DNA from: Octopus vulgaris
Lineage: Eukaryota
Direction: 5' to 3'
Assembly: GCA_951406725.2 (NCBI GenBank)
Contig: OX597815.1
Coordinates: 94,674,001-94,738,000 of the forward strand
Length of the DNA: 64,000 nt
Part shown: positions 15,952-29,668 of the stretch, piece by piece
Position numbering within the stretch: position 1 is the first letter of the stretch
Layout: each line of letters begins with the position of its first letter
Made by a program: the position numbers and the translations under genes
The notes under the pieces: model-generated
What the model saw: the letters and a program-made list of their open reading frames with translations, nothing else
The model's database searches: none
Told to the model about the DNA's origin: nothing

Positions 15952-16960
15952 AAGAAAAATAAGTTGGCTAGCAGCGAGCTGTTTTGCCTCATACCGAAGG
16001 AATTAGAAATGGCAGTCAAAGACCGTTTTTTCCATTTCTATAAGTGGAGATTCCCAAAACGAAGGCCCTTGCGGCTCACATGTGGCAAATATACGAATTC
16101 AGTCACTTACCGTTAATAGCGAACACGGTGTTTCTGGATCACAAACATATAAAAAATAGGGGAGTTTGAATTCCTTCTTCAGCGCTATATTCGTTAGCTT
16201 TATCAAATGCCACCGCTTCAAAATACAACTATGAACTTTAATGTAAATCGCTGGTATATATGGGTTCTGAATAATCATGCCAAAACGATGCCTATAATTA
16301 CTGAGATTATAATGCTTGGATAATTATTATACATATTTAACTAAATTATCATAGGTTGGCAAAATATTTAGTTATAATGTCAGAAATAATATCAATAGAG
16401 TTAGAAAACTATGAGACAACTAAGTATACATAAAAATAGATAAGGAGAAAAAAGGATAGAGACACAAAAGAAGAGAAAGGAAAGGAACTCCGAAAATAGT
16501 GAAATATAAATCCTATGACCGGCAACGAGAAAATATTACAGAGAAAATATAAGAATATAAATAAAAATTCATTGGGCTATAACGGTTACAATACAATAAT
16601 AAAGAAATCGTATATTAATGAGTGAGTATTATGACTATATAAATATCATAATAAAGTAACTAAATGAAGAGAGTAAAGCGGGAACTTTCAAGAAGGGTAA
16701 GGGAATTCGCGTTTATGCGAAGGCTGAAGAAGGGAAGGATAAAAAAGTCACGGTCATATGAAAAAGAAATGACAAAACCGTATATATTGATAGCGCAAGG
16801 AAATCAGCGACTCGCTTTTTAAATATAGTTAATTGTAAATGATTCAAAAGTTTCGAGTTCTTTATCCGATAACGAAAAGAAAAAAAAAAGCAAACAAACA
16901 AATGCAGCATGGAAAGTGTTTATAAGCCATTTAAAAACAAACAAAAACCGTTAAATTTAA

Positions 16961-17011
16961 TTTGTCAAAATATTTTCGTCGCTTTCAGACCGCGACCTGT
17001 TCACTGACAAA
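16961..17011 (-). ncRNA. Putative minimal type-I hammerhead ribozyme (G3-C8 core variant, palindromic stem III)
   Basis: Minus strand reads UUUGUCA-GUGAACA-G-GUCGC-GGUCUGAAA-GCGAC-GAA-AAUAUU-U-UGACAAA: 7-bp stem I, CUGANGA-type box with C3G/G8C covariation, 5-bp stem II, GAAA box, 6-nt palindromic stem III and a UUU cleavage triplet. Confidence 0.7.
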
Positions 17012-17287
17012 ATTCCGTGCTGCATGTGAGAAAGTAACAGTTAGTTCATGATATATATATGTATGTACGTACGTACTTATGTATATATGTGAGTATTTAG
17101 GTATGTCAATGTGTAGACGTGTCTGTGTCTGTGTATATGTGTACGTTCATGTGGACGTATGTTTACGTACTGATATATGTGTCTGCTCAAGTTGCATATA
17201 AGACTGTTACACTCTCGAAGGTTGTTTGTGTGTGTGTATATATATACAAACACACACGCATATATACATACACACACACACACGCAC

Positions 17288-17336
<49 letters not shown>

Positions 17337-17632
17337 TGTTCCTCTCACCACCATCTAACGGTGAATGGATACAACCGCTTAGCTTCATACATGCAAATAT
17401 AAACCTACCTGTAAATACGTACAAGCACGCACAATCACATAAGCAAGTACACACACTCACATATATACATATAATCTTAAAGTATACACATATATACGCT
17501 TATCCATCTACACATATATATGTCACTAATTTCGCAGACAACGCTTAAAATTAAAAAAAATATTTATATTTTTTTTATTTTCATTAGAATTTGTTTTTTA
17601 TTATGCATATACATATACATATATATGTGCAT

Positions 17633-17665
<33 letters not shown>

Positions 17666-17908
17666 TATATATATATACATATCCACACATACTCATAAGT
17701 GCATGGATGTACACAGCCATACACACACTCACTCACACAACTGATACATACACACACACGCTAAAATACACATACATCTACATATACGTACATATATATT
17801 AATCTAAGTACACTCATGCGATTATATATAACTACATATATGTATTTCAGTATCATGCATCTCAACATGTATGTATGGATCTTTACATGTAAATCAGAGA
17901 AAGGGTGA

Positions 17909-19800
17909 TTATAGATGGGTAGTCCCGTGTGGAATCTGGGTGAAACTCCATTCGGATTTACGGTTGAGTGTGGGTTTATATTCCTGTATACAGACAGCTT
18001 CAGTGACTTGCGTTAGCAATGCATCAGTGTGATGTGTAGATAAGATGTCTAACTTAAGTCTCCCTAAGGAGCCATTATGGAAGTCTACAGCATGCTGATA
18101 GAACAATGGAGTTTGATTTTTTTCAACGTAGTTGTCCAAGTGTTCTTTGAACTTGTCATTGGTTCTCCTAGAAGTCTCACGAATATGACTCTGGGATAAT
18201 AGCGCAATTTCCTTCTTGGCACTTAATCTGGTATACAGTGTTTTTCTTTTTGCAGTTCGTATGTGGGTTTGTGGAACATACTACACAATTATTTTGACAC
18301 GTGATTCACTCACGTGTTTTACTTAATACAAATTTGATAGTCCTACCTGTCTTTTCTACAACTTATTTTTATTTCTTTTGTTGGTCTCTCTCTTTCTCCA
18401 ACCTATTTCAGAATTGTTGCGGTATAGTGGGTATATGCCGTTTTCGTCATCTCTTAGAATGCGTCCGAATCTTGCTTTTGCTCCTTTGTACACTCTGATT
18501 CTATCGCACTGTCTGTAACCGGAACGTTGCATTCGGAATATGTAGAGCTGGATGTGCTTGTTTGTGGATATGTTCCTCATTACTCTAAGTCTGCCACGAG
18601 TCACTACGAATTACGCGTGGATAAGCCATATATTTACAATAGTTTAAGTAGAGTAAACAGGGTTTAACAGTTCCATTAAACATAGTATTTTCTATCCATA
18701 GCTCAGATATGTCGTCAACATATCGAGTGTACATAGCTAAGTGGATGTTACGGGTCGCTAGGCACTACTTAAAATGTCTGTCTCACCATACCATGAAGAG
18801 GTTGGCAACATCACCGGCGATCCCTACACCAATAGCACCGCCTTTCATCTGTTTATATAGTTTATTATTAAACTTAAAAATATGGGTTTTAAGTGTAGTC
18901 CTAAGGCTGACACCGATAGCGTGTGCGACAGTAGTTTTGATGTCGTGTATTTCTGAAGGTGGGTGGTCTGGTTTTGTTCAGCCATGCCAGCGTTCTCTGT
19001 GGGTTTTTTTTTGTATGCTGAGATAATGCTAGATAATGCTACCTCGTTTGTTACGGGTGGGACAAGCATATACCAGGTTACCTCATGACAGCTATTCGTC
19101 GGCAGAAGTTAGGATCAGGAAGAGGCCTAGTTCATATACATCCACATTTTTAAATATCATATTACTCTCACAAATTAAGTCTATGCATTTTTCAATAGCA
19201 AAGTCTATACATCAATGGAAGGATATAGTGATACCACATCCATGCTACATACGATGTGGTCACTTAGGTCGCATGTATTGTTGCATTCCAAGATTCTGCT
19301 AAGGAGGTCTTCAGTACTATCACATACATCTGTATATAACTCTATTAAGGGTCGTAGGAATTGTGAGAGAAAATATGATATTTTGTGGTTGTTAGCATTG
19401 TTGGCACCACAAACGGGTCGGGTAGGTAACCCAACTACATGATCTGTGTAGCTTTTATGATCTTTTCGAAGGTCATATAGGAGTAGGATTTCATTGTTCG
19501 TAGTTGTGAAATTGTTTACTGTAGGTTTCTCAGACTGGAGAATGATACACCACATCCCCATGGGAGCATTAAGGACTTTTTTTCATTTTCAGTGTATTCG
19601 AGTGTAGTTGTTTCTATCAGGTCTCTGATGTGTAGTTTCAGGTTCGAAATAGGTTGTCAAAATAGTTTGATAGGTTTTCAACAGACAATTTCAGTCGGGA
19701 AGCATTCAATTTCTCTACCTTTGATACGATATTTTAAGACCTTTCTTAATTTTGGTGCCAAGATCATGGGTCTTATTTTTTGAAAAAATCAATTTACTAT
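17909..19800 (-). mobile_element. Decayed Penelope-like retroelement (RT plus C-terminal GIY-YIG endonuclease), Naiad-like
   Basis: Minus-strand motifs LYDLRKDHK..PTRPVCGA, SMDVVSLYPSID, KQMKGGAIGVGIAGDVANLFMVW*D, RYVDD (YVDD at 18711-18722), Cys linker CQNNCVVC..NC, then VYQIKC...YIRETSR and HAVDFH...EAVCIQEYKPTLNRKSEW. Multiple stops and frameshifts. Confidence 0.88.
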
Positions 19801-21787
19801 ATATTCATTGAGACACTATTATCTTAGCGAACTTTTATCTATTTCTTTTCACCCCTCTAATTTACATTCCTATCTCCATCCGCATATGTCTATATATCAT
19901 ACTGTTTTCTTATACATTCACTTTTGTATCCTCCCTTATATCGCGCCATAGTCAGAACATTTCTTTGCTAAATTTTAAATATGTGTTTAAGTCTTAGAGT
20001 TTCACCACTTATTAACTCTATCTGACTAAATATTCAAACACAATCCATTTCGGATTATATCTAAATCAGTCTTTCTTTCTCTAAGAGAGCTCTGAAGGGG
20101 TTTTGTTTATAATCATAGCGAATCGAGTACCGACAGGATGATCCCACACAAGTCTCTGGTGGGGAGTATGTATTAATGCAGAGGACATAATTAGGGAATT
20201 GAACAATTCTGATGTTTTATTTGTTACATAGATGCTTGGGACTGCCTGTATTCGCGTGTCTTTCAATATAATGTAAATTTTCTGATCAAATCTCCAGATC
20301 CCATCTCTTGGGAGTTTTTATTTATTATTCTCTTGTTCAGGCTGGTATCAACCATATCAAATATATCAATCTGAGGGGTCCTGTGAGTCATGGGTGTTAC
20401 AACTCCTTGCCAGTCTAATTTATGAAAAGAAACAATTTCTATGTTACAATATTATTATTGTGTTAGCAATAACTTTGCATTTAAATAATCAGTTAAACTT
20501 TTATGAGGAAAACGTGACCGACGTATTTAACGTACTAATTATACTGTTCTATATAATTATATTGAAAAACCTTAAGATGTTGACTAACTTAAATATCTTT
20601 ACAAATGTATATGACAAACATAAATACCTTCTCGCTTAATAAATATTTTCTATTTCTCCATATGAAGATGTAAGTTCCCTCTAAATTGCTGTTGATATTT
20701 TCAGAGCGGATTCATTGATTTTCAAAAAGTTTGCTTAATATAACATTCCTTAAATTTTTATAGACTCGGGTAATTATGATAAAAATACACTGTTTACTTA
20801 TATTTAATTATTGCAATGTTATTTCGACCGTTTGCATTTTGTAATTTATATTCTATTCATAGCTTCAATTTCTCGTCTTGGCTGTGTTGATACAATAATT
20901 GCAATAAAAAAAAGAAAATAAGTTTTCTTACATTATATTCTTTACTGTCTGAGAAGCAAAATACAATAAAAATATTGTGATTGTTTCTCGCTTGCTTTAC
21001 TGTTTACTGAAGAGAAAAAATAACGGTGATTTGAAAAAAAATGGTTATTTTGAGAAGAGTGATATCATTCTGCATATCATCAGCCTTTTAATTGTTTCGT
21101 TTCATGAAGTTAAAGAATCTATTGTGTCTTTTAGTGAATGGCAAATACATTAACGCGGAAAAAGATAAAGTGAACATCTTTTAACTTTTAAATATTTAAA
21201 AATTTTGTTTATTCCAAGAAAAAAGTCGCCATTTCATATACATTTACCTTCTCCATGTTTCTTCGCCTCGTTCGTTATTACAATGAAATACTTCTACAAT
21301 CTTTAAAGAGTCATGAAATAAAAAGAATGGATGACCACGGTTAGAAGACTTTTGATTATGGTCCTTCTTGACCAAGAATGACTTGGGGTTAAAAAAATAC
21401 GTATTATTTCATTGATTCTATGTCTAACTTCTTAAACATAGGTACCAGCTGCTATAATTAATCTGTTTGAACGGAGAACCAATAACAATATAAAAAATAT
21501 AATAAAGATCATAATGACTCTTCTCCCCAGAGACAACAAAATCATAAATTCCATTCATTCTTACTAAGTTATGGCGGTTTGTGTTGAATTACTTCATCGA
21601 TGTAACTACACCAGTGTTCATGGCGATTTCTACTTTTTCTGGTCATTTTCCCTTCTCCTTTCCGAAAAAGAGCTATGCTCAAAATGTCAAAACCTCTCAC
21701 TTTCCCTGAGTGTCAAACTAATACATTCTTTGTGCACGTCCTCTTGTCTGTTTTGTTCATTTTGTTATTCGTTTATTTGAACTGACT

Positions 21788-21788
21788 A

Positions 21789-21883
<95 letters not shown>

Positions 21884-21899
21884 ATATATATATATATAT
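21788..21899. repeat. (TATC)n plus (TA)n microsatellite
   Basis: Direct tandem repeat. Confidence 0.97.
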
Positions 21900-22475
21900 G
21901 CATTATATTATATAACAGAATGTGTGTGTGTTGGTGTGTTTGTGTGCGCGTGCATATGTTTCTTATAAATTCGAAAACTGAGTTGCCGATCTTGACGTAT
22001 AAGGTATCAAAAGATTCAGTAACTTTCGCCTACCAAATAAAGTATGTTTTTTGAACAATAACTACTTTTTACTATAAAAGTAATCTCAAAAACCATGTCG
22101 GGTCGCACAATTTGGAGGTCTTTAGCCAAAGGCTGCAATTCTGAATAATCTTAAAACACTTGGAGTTTTACCAGGGAATGAAAATTCGATGATATACCAT
22201 CAACTTTATTCCTATTATTTAGTAGATAATCTTTTAATGTGAAGTATGTTTGACTGTTTTGTTTAGCCAAGAGTTGTCTCTGATGTAGCAGGCCCGTCGC
22301 ATAGTTTTTACCCCGAAATACTGAACATCTGGTTCTTTCTTTGAATGAAAGCGTGTGTTTCAAGCGAGATTTGGCTGGTATTAGTAGAAGCTCAAGTTAT
22401 CACAGAGGCGCCACTGTATGTGAGTTTTGTTCTGGTGAAAAAGATACTTTTTCTCAGAATATTTTGCACAATTAA

Positions 22476-22630
22476 GGCAGCGAACTGGCAAAAACGTTAG
22501 CACGTCGGGCGAAATGCTCAGCGGTATTTCATTTGTCTTTAAGTTCTGATTTCAAATTCCGCCAGGTATTTGTTGTGTACTGGGGTCGATCTAATCGACT
22601 GGCCTCCTCCCTTAAAATTTCGGGCCTGGT
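22476..22630 (+). mobile_element. SINE family A, internally deleted copy
   Basis: Head ggcagcgaactggcaaaaacgttagcacgtcgggcgaaatgc, B-box-like ttcaaattcc, tail ctggggtcgatctaatcgact. Confidence 0.85.
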
Positions 22631-23088
22631 ATATAAATACATTCGGCAGATGGCGGGGAGGTCAGCCATAGAAACAAAGGAATCTTCGCACTCTTTTGGT
22701 CAGTAGAGGTCAAATGCGTTTACTTTTTGAATTTCTGAATTCAGTTGTGTTGTTGCAATAAAATGTGTGTTTACGTATTTGGGTAATACATTAAAGATTT
22801 TAAGTTTTCTTGAGATGTTCATTTGTCCATCCAGTTGGAGAATACATTAGGACTTTTGCAATGAAAAGGTTGTTTACATTTTCGAATACTCGGGGAGAGT
22901 CAAAAAGAAAAGAATACAAATTGTAGATAGTAAATTTTAAGATTTATTAAATATAGTCTTTTGTATGACCGCACAAAGAGAAATGGTAGTGCTCTTAGAA
23001 TAAAAAGGACGTTGATGTTTACATTTTCGAATACTCAGGGAGAGAGGAAAGGATAAATAGTCACACATTAGTTGTAGATATTAAGGTT

Positions 23089-23185
23089 TATCATCATCAT
23101 CATCGTCATCATCAAAGGATTGTCCTAGGGCCAACTCGAATTACATTGCGGGCCATTTTAATCACAGAAACGATTTTGAGGGCCG
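23089..23185 (-). mobile_element. Retroelement 3' end with (GAT)n tail, RTE-like
   Basis: Minus strand ends ...ggccctaggacaatcctttGATGATGACGATGATGATGAT; short-tandem-repeat tails are typical of RTE-clade LINEs. Confidence 0.45.
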
Positions 23186-23189
23186 CTTC

Positions 23190-25860
23190 TATACTTTACT
23201 GTTTTGTTACTGAGTATGATGTTTTCTTGTTTTCATGCTTTAAGACAAGATTTAACATCCAGTCATCAGAGTTTTTCAAGTAGGTGTCCAGGCCAGTTGT
23301 GGCAATCTTCATTGTTAAAAGTCTACGGCCACCCTCTTTTTTTGGTAGGTAAAGACGTTCTATATTTGCCTTAGAGTATTCTATGCATTGTCAACAACTT
23401 TCATATTTTTCTGCCAAGGTTACATATTTCAGTAATTGACTGGTTAATAATAGTGAAACTGTAAGTCACGACCCGTATAGCTAAAGTATTGATCGCTTCA
23501 ACCCTGTTTCTTGCATTCAGCTCTGTCTTGAGTATTGCGCTTACCCTGCTATAACATTCTTTTCCTTTCTTTTGCCTCTTCACTGAATGTTTTATTCTAT
23601 CACCTTGAAATACCCCCAGGTATTTGTAGTTCTCCGCTGGTTCTAACTCCCTTATGACATTCTGTTGGTCAAGATTAACGTTGGATATTTCTATCATTTT
23701 AACTCTGATGAAGGTAGCCTTTGCACATTTATCGAGGCTAAATTCCATCCCGATGTCATCACTGAACTGTTTAGCAATTGCTAGTAAGCTCGTAGGTGTT
23801 GGTCAGTATGGCAAAGAGCTTTAAATCATTCATGTAAAAGAGATGATTTATATTTTTATCAAAAATGTTATACCCATATTGTACTAGGCTAGACAAAAGA
23901 GCGGTGATAGAGAGTCACCCTGGAAAATACCACATGAAATTCTTATATCTCCGGCATTGAAAGGTTCATTGTCACTGTTCAAAGTGGGTGTGTTTCTCCC
24001 TGATCTCATACTTACAAACAAGAAGTTTCGCAGAGTAGGTGCTATTTTATATATTTCCAGACATTTCTCAATCCAGCTATGTGGTAGACTATCAAAAGCT
24101 TTTTTATAGTCTAACCAGGCTATTGAAAAGTTTTTGTGTTGTTTGTGACAACCTTCCAAGATCATCTTATTGATGAGTAGCTGCTCTTTACAACCACAGG
24201 ACCCACGATTACATCCTGTTTGCTTATTAGTGAAGATGCCACTTTCTATTGAAGAAGTATAGGTATATTCAATCAAGACAGATGTTAGTATTTTATACAT
24301 TGTTGTTAAGCAGGTAGTCAGTCTATAATTTTTCGGTTCATTTGTTTCTTCATTTTATGGAAGTAGGAATGTAACATAATTAACTAGCCAAGGGGGAATC
24401 GTACTAGCTTTTGAAAACCATTGTTGTAAAGTTTTGATAGCAGTTCATGACTCTCAGGGGAGGTATTCAATCAAAAGTTAAGAATTTTATCCTTTCCTAG
24501 AGACTTCCATTTGCTTGATTTCCTGAGAAAACCTCTACCTTGATACACTCCCATTTTTGCTGTTCCAAGAAGTCTAAGCCAGTAGATGCTCTATCAATCA
24601 AAGGGGCCCTTTTATTGCGCGTTTTCTCTTCTGACAAAATTTTATTCCAAAATTGTTGCACTTTTTTTTTCATGGGACAGACTTTACTGTAACTTGTATT
24701 TTACCTATCTTCCTATATTTTATTTTGTTTTATTTTTGAAAATATTGTCTTTGAAGAACATAACGCGCTTTTCAAACCGTGCTATGCAGGCAGCTTTAGC
24801 AGATAGTTTCTATGGTGGTATCGATGTCAAATATGGTTTTCATATTATACTTTTTCTTTAATTTTCCGATTTTGTTGATTTGATATTCTTGTCAAATTTA
24901 AAGTGTTTTTAAACATTCTATATCGGAGTTAAGTAACTGAATTTGGGGTTGAATACGTGCTTGCCAAGTAAGCTCTTTGTGGGAATGTTGTTGTTTTCTA
25001 ATCTTTTCACCACATATAATTTTTGAGATCTTTGCAGATGCATAGTACAAGCAATTGAGATCTGTACTATCAACATCATTAGCTGAAATTATATCCTTAA
25101 GTGCAAGGGAGATTTTAGCAATTACTTTCAGTTTTTTTTAGAGTTGGCAATATTTGGGAGAGTGTCACGTTCATTCATACTGTTTTTTTTAATTTTCAGC
25201 CATCATGGTTTAATTTTTTAGATCACCTAGTTCAGTTGGGTCAATTTCTGTGTGACTTTCTTCATCTGTTTGATTTTCATCTGCCTTGGTGTTTATGGCT
25301 CGTTCAGAGAGTATTTAACTTTGCTTATAAGTTACAGTGACTCTTTCTATCATTATTGTATTTTCATAAGAGCTGGGTTGGTTTGTAATTATTTCCTCAG
25401 TAATATCTTCTTTAGCTGCAACTTCTTTCCTTTTATCCCTTATTGATTGCTGAGTTTGGTCAATCTCTAATTCAGATAGTAATTTCTTTTTTGGCGTTGG
25501 TAAGTTTGTTACTATCTATGTAGGGTCTTACTTCAAGGTGCTTCTGTCTCCAACTTACATAGGGTGGTTCAGTATTAGATTTATTTGTGGAGAAATACAT
25601 GACATGATAGAAGGCCTTAAGAACTCATTTATTATCTCCTCTTGACCATTTTTCATTCTTTTTCTTTTGGTTATTTGATGAAGAGCATGGATGGCCATCT
25701 GTTGGAATATTCCGGTTGTGGAATACTTCCAGCTCCTGTGTTTCGAGAAGATTTGAACCAGTAACCGATTTGTCGTACTCAGTCTGGTCACTCAGTGGGG
25801 TGCATTGGGTGCATTTGATGACCCGGGTGACGGCCGATTCCGTGTGTATTTTGCTTTGAT
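23190..25860 (-). mobile_element. Old R4/Dong-clade non-LTR retrotransposon (N-terminal region plus RT), pseudogenised
   Basis: ORFs 23884-24300 (KQTGCNRGSCGCKEQLLINK, WLDYKKAFDS, GIFQGDSLSP) and 23401-23748 (FSLDKCAKATF, YKYLG, LNARNRVEAINTLA) are colinear with the 43237 ORF; frameshifted coding-like sequence continues to about 25.8 kb. Confidence 0.92.
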
Positions 25861-26597
25861 ATTATTGATGCATGATGAGCTTGGACGTTGACATTAGGGT
25901 ACGGATCTGTTGTTTAGCTTTAACTTTTTGAGACAACACCACCTCCGAGTTCTCTGAATGAAAACATTGCTCGTAACGGAGCTTCTCAAGGCTAGCAGAT
26001 CTGTATCCGTCTGTATTTTTTTCTTGAGAGACAGATTCATCTCCGAGCATACTTTCTTTGTGATGTTTTTAAACATATGAATCATTCACTCTGTCTTAGT
26101 TCGAAGAAAATTGTTTTGTTTTGTTTTGTTTCATTTGCGACACATGCTTTCATATGTGTGTATGTGTGTCCTGTAAATTTCACGTAGTTGTGTAAACATT
26201 GGGGTGTGTGGATAGTCTTATGGGTATTAAAATGTATATATGGTTGTATAGACATTTGAGTGTATGCATAATTAATCAATTTACCTACTTACTGTTTTGT
26301 TCCACTTATATTTTATAGTTTGTAAATTTTCTGATGTTGATTTCGCAAGTGCCTTTTGCACAAGTTTCACTGAGACGTCGCGCATGGGAGAAACTCTGCT
26401 TTGTATGGCATAAAATTTCGTTTTATGTAATTATTTTCGTTAAAAGACCGCTTTCTTCAAGTCTTCCACAGGTTCCTTTTTCCCATTTCACCGATATTAT
26501 TAGATTAGATTCGTTTTTGTATGGAGAGTCCGGTTTAGCACATCCATGTTGTTATTTAGTGTGGAGCAGAATCTGTTATTCAACGTGGAGTTGAATC

Positions 26598-26657
<60 letters not shown>

Positions 26658-26693
26658 TATTATTATTACTATTATTATTACTATTATTATTAC

Positions 26694-26753
<60 letters not shown>
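26598..26753. repeat. (TTA)n trinucleotide microsatellite, about 155 bp
   Basis: Direct tandem repeat; source of the poly-Leu ORF. Confidence 0.98.
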
Positions 26754-26755
<2 letters not shown>

Positions 26756-27459
26756 TTTCTTCTAAAAATTGAATATTGTTATAAAATATATACTGAAAGA
26801 TTACAAAATTACTATTGAGAAACTAAAAACAATAGCTACAAAAATATAAATACAGTCTTCAAGGAAACCCACGTATAAGATGCAAAATCCAAATTGACAA
26901 ACAAATAATGGGAGGTTGGAGTTAGAAAACTGAAAATAGAATAAAAGAAACAAGGCTACATAATATTATGCTAAGACTTTGGCAAACAAACAATCCTACA
27001 TGGCAACTATCTGACAAACCTCGATAATTTCGAACTGGATAAAGAAAATATTCTCTGCTGGCTGTGAAATTCAGGAAACACACCTGAGGTTAAGGTCTGT
27101 TGATAGTGCACGACTAATGGATTCCGCAAGAATCTACCATAATTCAGTAATACAAAACTGCAGAATAAGCGGATATTGTGAAGAACAGAGAAGATGGAAG
27201 TTTCGTGCACTGGAAACTATGCCATCGTTACGGATTATAATTATATGCGTGAAAATGCAAAGAGTCGGTAAAAATATATATTATAAAAATAGTTGTAGTA
27301 ATCTTATGAGATATGCTGACTCTCACAGATACAGATTAAAGTAAATCCATTATGTATTATGGTAAAATATCACCGAGGGTTGTAATATTTCCTAATCAAG
27401 GTATCGATTATTACAATCAACAATGAATTTTGAAATAGACACTATTTTTATATTTTATC

Positions 27460-27810
27460 GTTTACTTGTTTAAGTAATTAGACTGTAGCCATGCTGAGGC
27501 ACCGTTCTGAAAGGTTAGTTGAACAAATAGAGATAAGTACCTATTTTTTGTAACTCTGGCACTTATTCTAAGGACCTCTCTCGTCTAACCGCTACATCAC
27601 GGGGATGTAAACAAACCAACTCCGGTTGGTGAGCCATACGTACACACACATATATATGTGTACGTACAACAGGCTTCTTTCAGTTTCTGTCTATCAAATC
27701 CAATCACTAGGTTTTTGTTGGCCCGGGGTTATAGTAGAAGAGACTTGTCCAAAATGCTATGCTGTGGGACTGAACTCGAAACCACTTGCTTTAACTGCCA
27801 ACCACGCAAC
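27460..27810 (-). mobile_element. tRNA-derived SINE family B, diverged
   Basis: Contains gactgtagccatgctgaggcaccg ... gtgggactgaactcgaaacca, the reverse complement of the head and body at 53745-54095. Confidence 0.7.
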
Positions 27811-27934
27811 CATATTTACGCTATTAGACTTTAAGACAAACATTTCCATAATAATTGCTTTAGAATCATAGAGACACGTATATAATCAACTCTCTCTCTC
27901 TCACACATACATACATGTGCGCGCACAAACTCAT

Positions 27935-27970
27935 CACAGACACACAGACACACAGACACACAGACACACA

Positions 27971-28060
<90 letters not shown>
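27935..28060. repeat. (CA)n/(TA)n microsatellite
   Basis: Direct tandem repeat. Confidence 0.95.
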
Positions 28061-28574
28061 CAACACACAAAAACCAGCACTGCAAGACACTGTACACATT
28101 GTATAGAGTAAACTTAATATTATGCAAAAAACATAAAACACTACATATACACAAGTTACACAGAGCTTCAAACAGTGAAACAGCTGAGAGCATGTCACAA
28201 AATGAAGACAACAAAAATACATTTTAGTTGCCCTATATTCTCATGATATTAAAGAGGCGAAGTGCATCGAAAAACAAACCAAAAATAGTAGATGTACTAA
28301 CAAAACATAGTGGGAGATTCACATCAAGAAAGAGAGTGAAATTTATAACAATAAAGCCCATTAAGAAGTTAATGAATATCACCAATATTATAGAAGAAAA
28401 TGAGCACAAAAATTGCTCAAAATGGGGGATCAATCCCATAGTGTGATTCAGACCACACCACACACACACATCCGAAATTATACTAGCGAAAAGAAGAAAA
28501 TGTTTTCATGTTCTTCTTTCGTCTAGCCCTAACCCCCAGTCGATTTCGTCCCTGTCACTTCCTTTCCTAAATGA

Positions 28575-28830
28575 TAATAGATGGCAGCAGTTCTCTTCCT
28601 CTTTAGATTGTATTAAAGTTGAGGTTAACTTGTCTAAGATGAAAAGTTGTCTTCAAAATGTCAACACCCGTAAACCATAACAGTGTTTTAGTCATAGCCA
28701 ACAGACAGAAGAAAACCTTTCCAAAGTAGTTGGTGCACCGAACACTCCAAAATAGTCACCGAAACATCACCGACAAAATTTTGTTAGTTCCTACAGCCCG
28801 ATCATTTATGAAAAACTTTATCCTAATTTA
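28575..28830 (+). mobile_element. Possible Tc1/mariner remnant
   Basis: TAGATGGCAGCA subterminal motif and translation TEENLSKV..TPK*SPK resembling the Tc1/mariner second HTH region; heavily decayed. Confidence 0.3.
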
Positions 28831-29019
28831 TTCCTGAGACAGAAGTCTCACCAGTTTTATCCACATGAATGTTTGTCTGTCAAGCGAGAGAAAATGATTC
28901 CCTCATCGACTTGCTTTCCCTTTGTCGAATTGTAGTATTGTTATTGAATGGTAGGTAGTGTTCCCACTGAATGATTTCTAGTTTGTCAGATACTATGTTA
29001 GTGATTTCAGAAATAATCC

Positions 29020-29223
29020 TTTCTACTATGGGCGCAAGGCCTGAAATTTTGGGGAAGGTAGGGTAAGTCGATTACATCGATCACAATGCGAAACTGACGC
29101 CTATTTTATCGACTCCGAAAGGCAAAATCGACCTCGGTAAAATTTGAACACAGAACGTCAAGGCAGATCAAATGTCGCTAAGTATTTTAACCGGCGTACT
29201 AATGATTCTGCCAGCTCACCGCA
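29020..29223 (-). mobile_element. SINE family A
   Basis: Ends in ttctgccagctcaccgc (reverse complement of the head); core gtcgattacatcga, aaggcaaaatcgacctcgg. Confidence 0.85.
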
Positions 29224-29233
29224 TTAGTAATTT

Positions 29234-29326
<93 letters not shown>
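29234..29326. repeat. (CTA)n microsatellite
   Basis: Direct tandem repeat. Confidence 0.98.
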
Positions 29327-29329
<3 letters not shown>

Positions 29330-29513
29330 ATTAGTGCTGCTGGGCTTCCGGCAGTCCTCCTCACTAGGCAAACCTAGTGGAGGTGCCGGTCCAGTCGTCT
29401 ATGACCTGCACATGCAACAGGCCGTACTGGATTCCATATTACCAGTAGCACTCATAAAAGATCTCACAAGTGACCTGTCATTTATGTATATAAGTTTATT
29501 TCTAGTGATTTTC

Positions 29514-29584
29514 TATGTATGTATTGTATGTATTGTGTGTATGTATGTATGTATGTATGTATGTATGTATGTATGTATATATGT

Positions 29585-29668
<84 letters not shown>
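29514..29668. repeat. (TATG)n/(TA)n microsatellite
   Basis: Direct tandem repeat. Confidence 0.95.

Noticed and set aside
18780-18790. In-frame TGA in the Penelope RT as selenocysteine
   Set aside because: It falls at a position expected to be Trp (MVWWD), next to a TAG; ordinary decay. The linker Cys codons are normal.
26546-26818. Poly-Leu ORF
   Set aside because: (TTA)n repeat.
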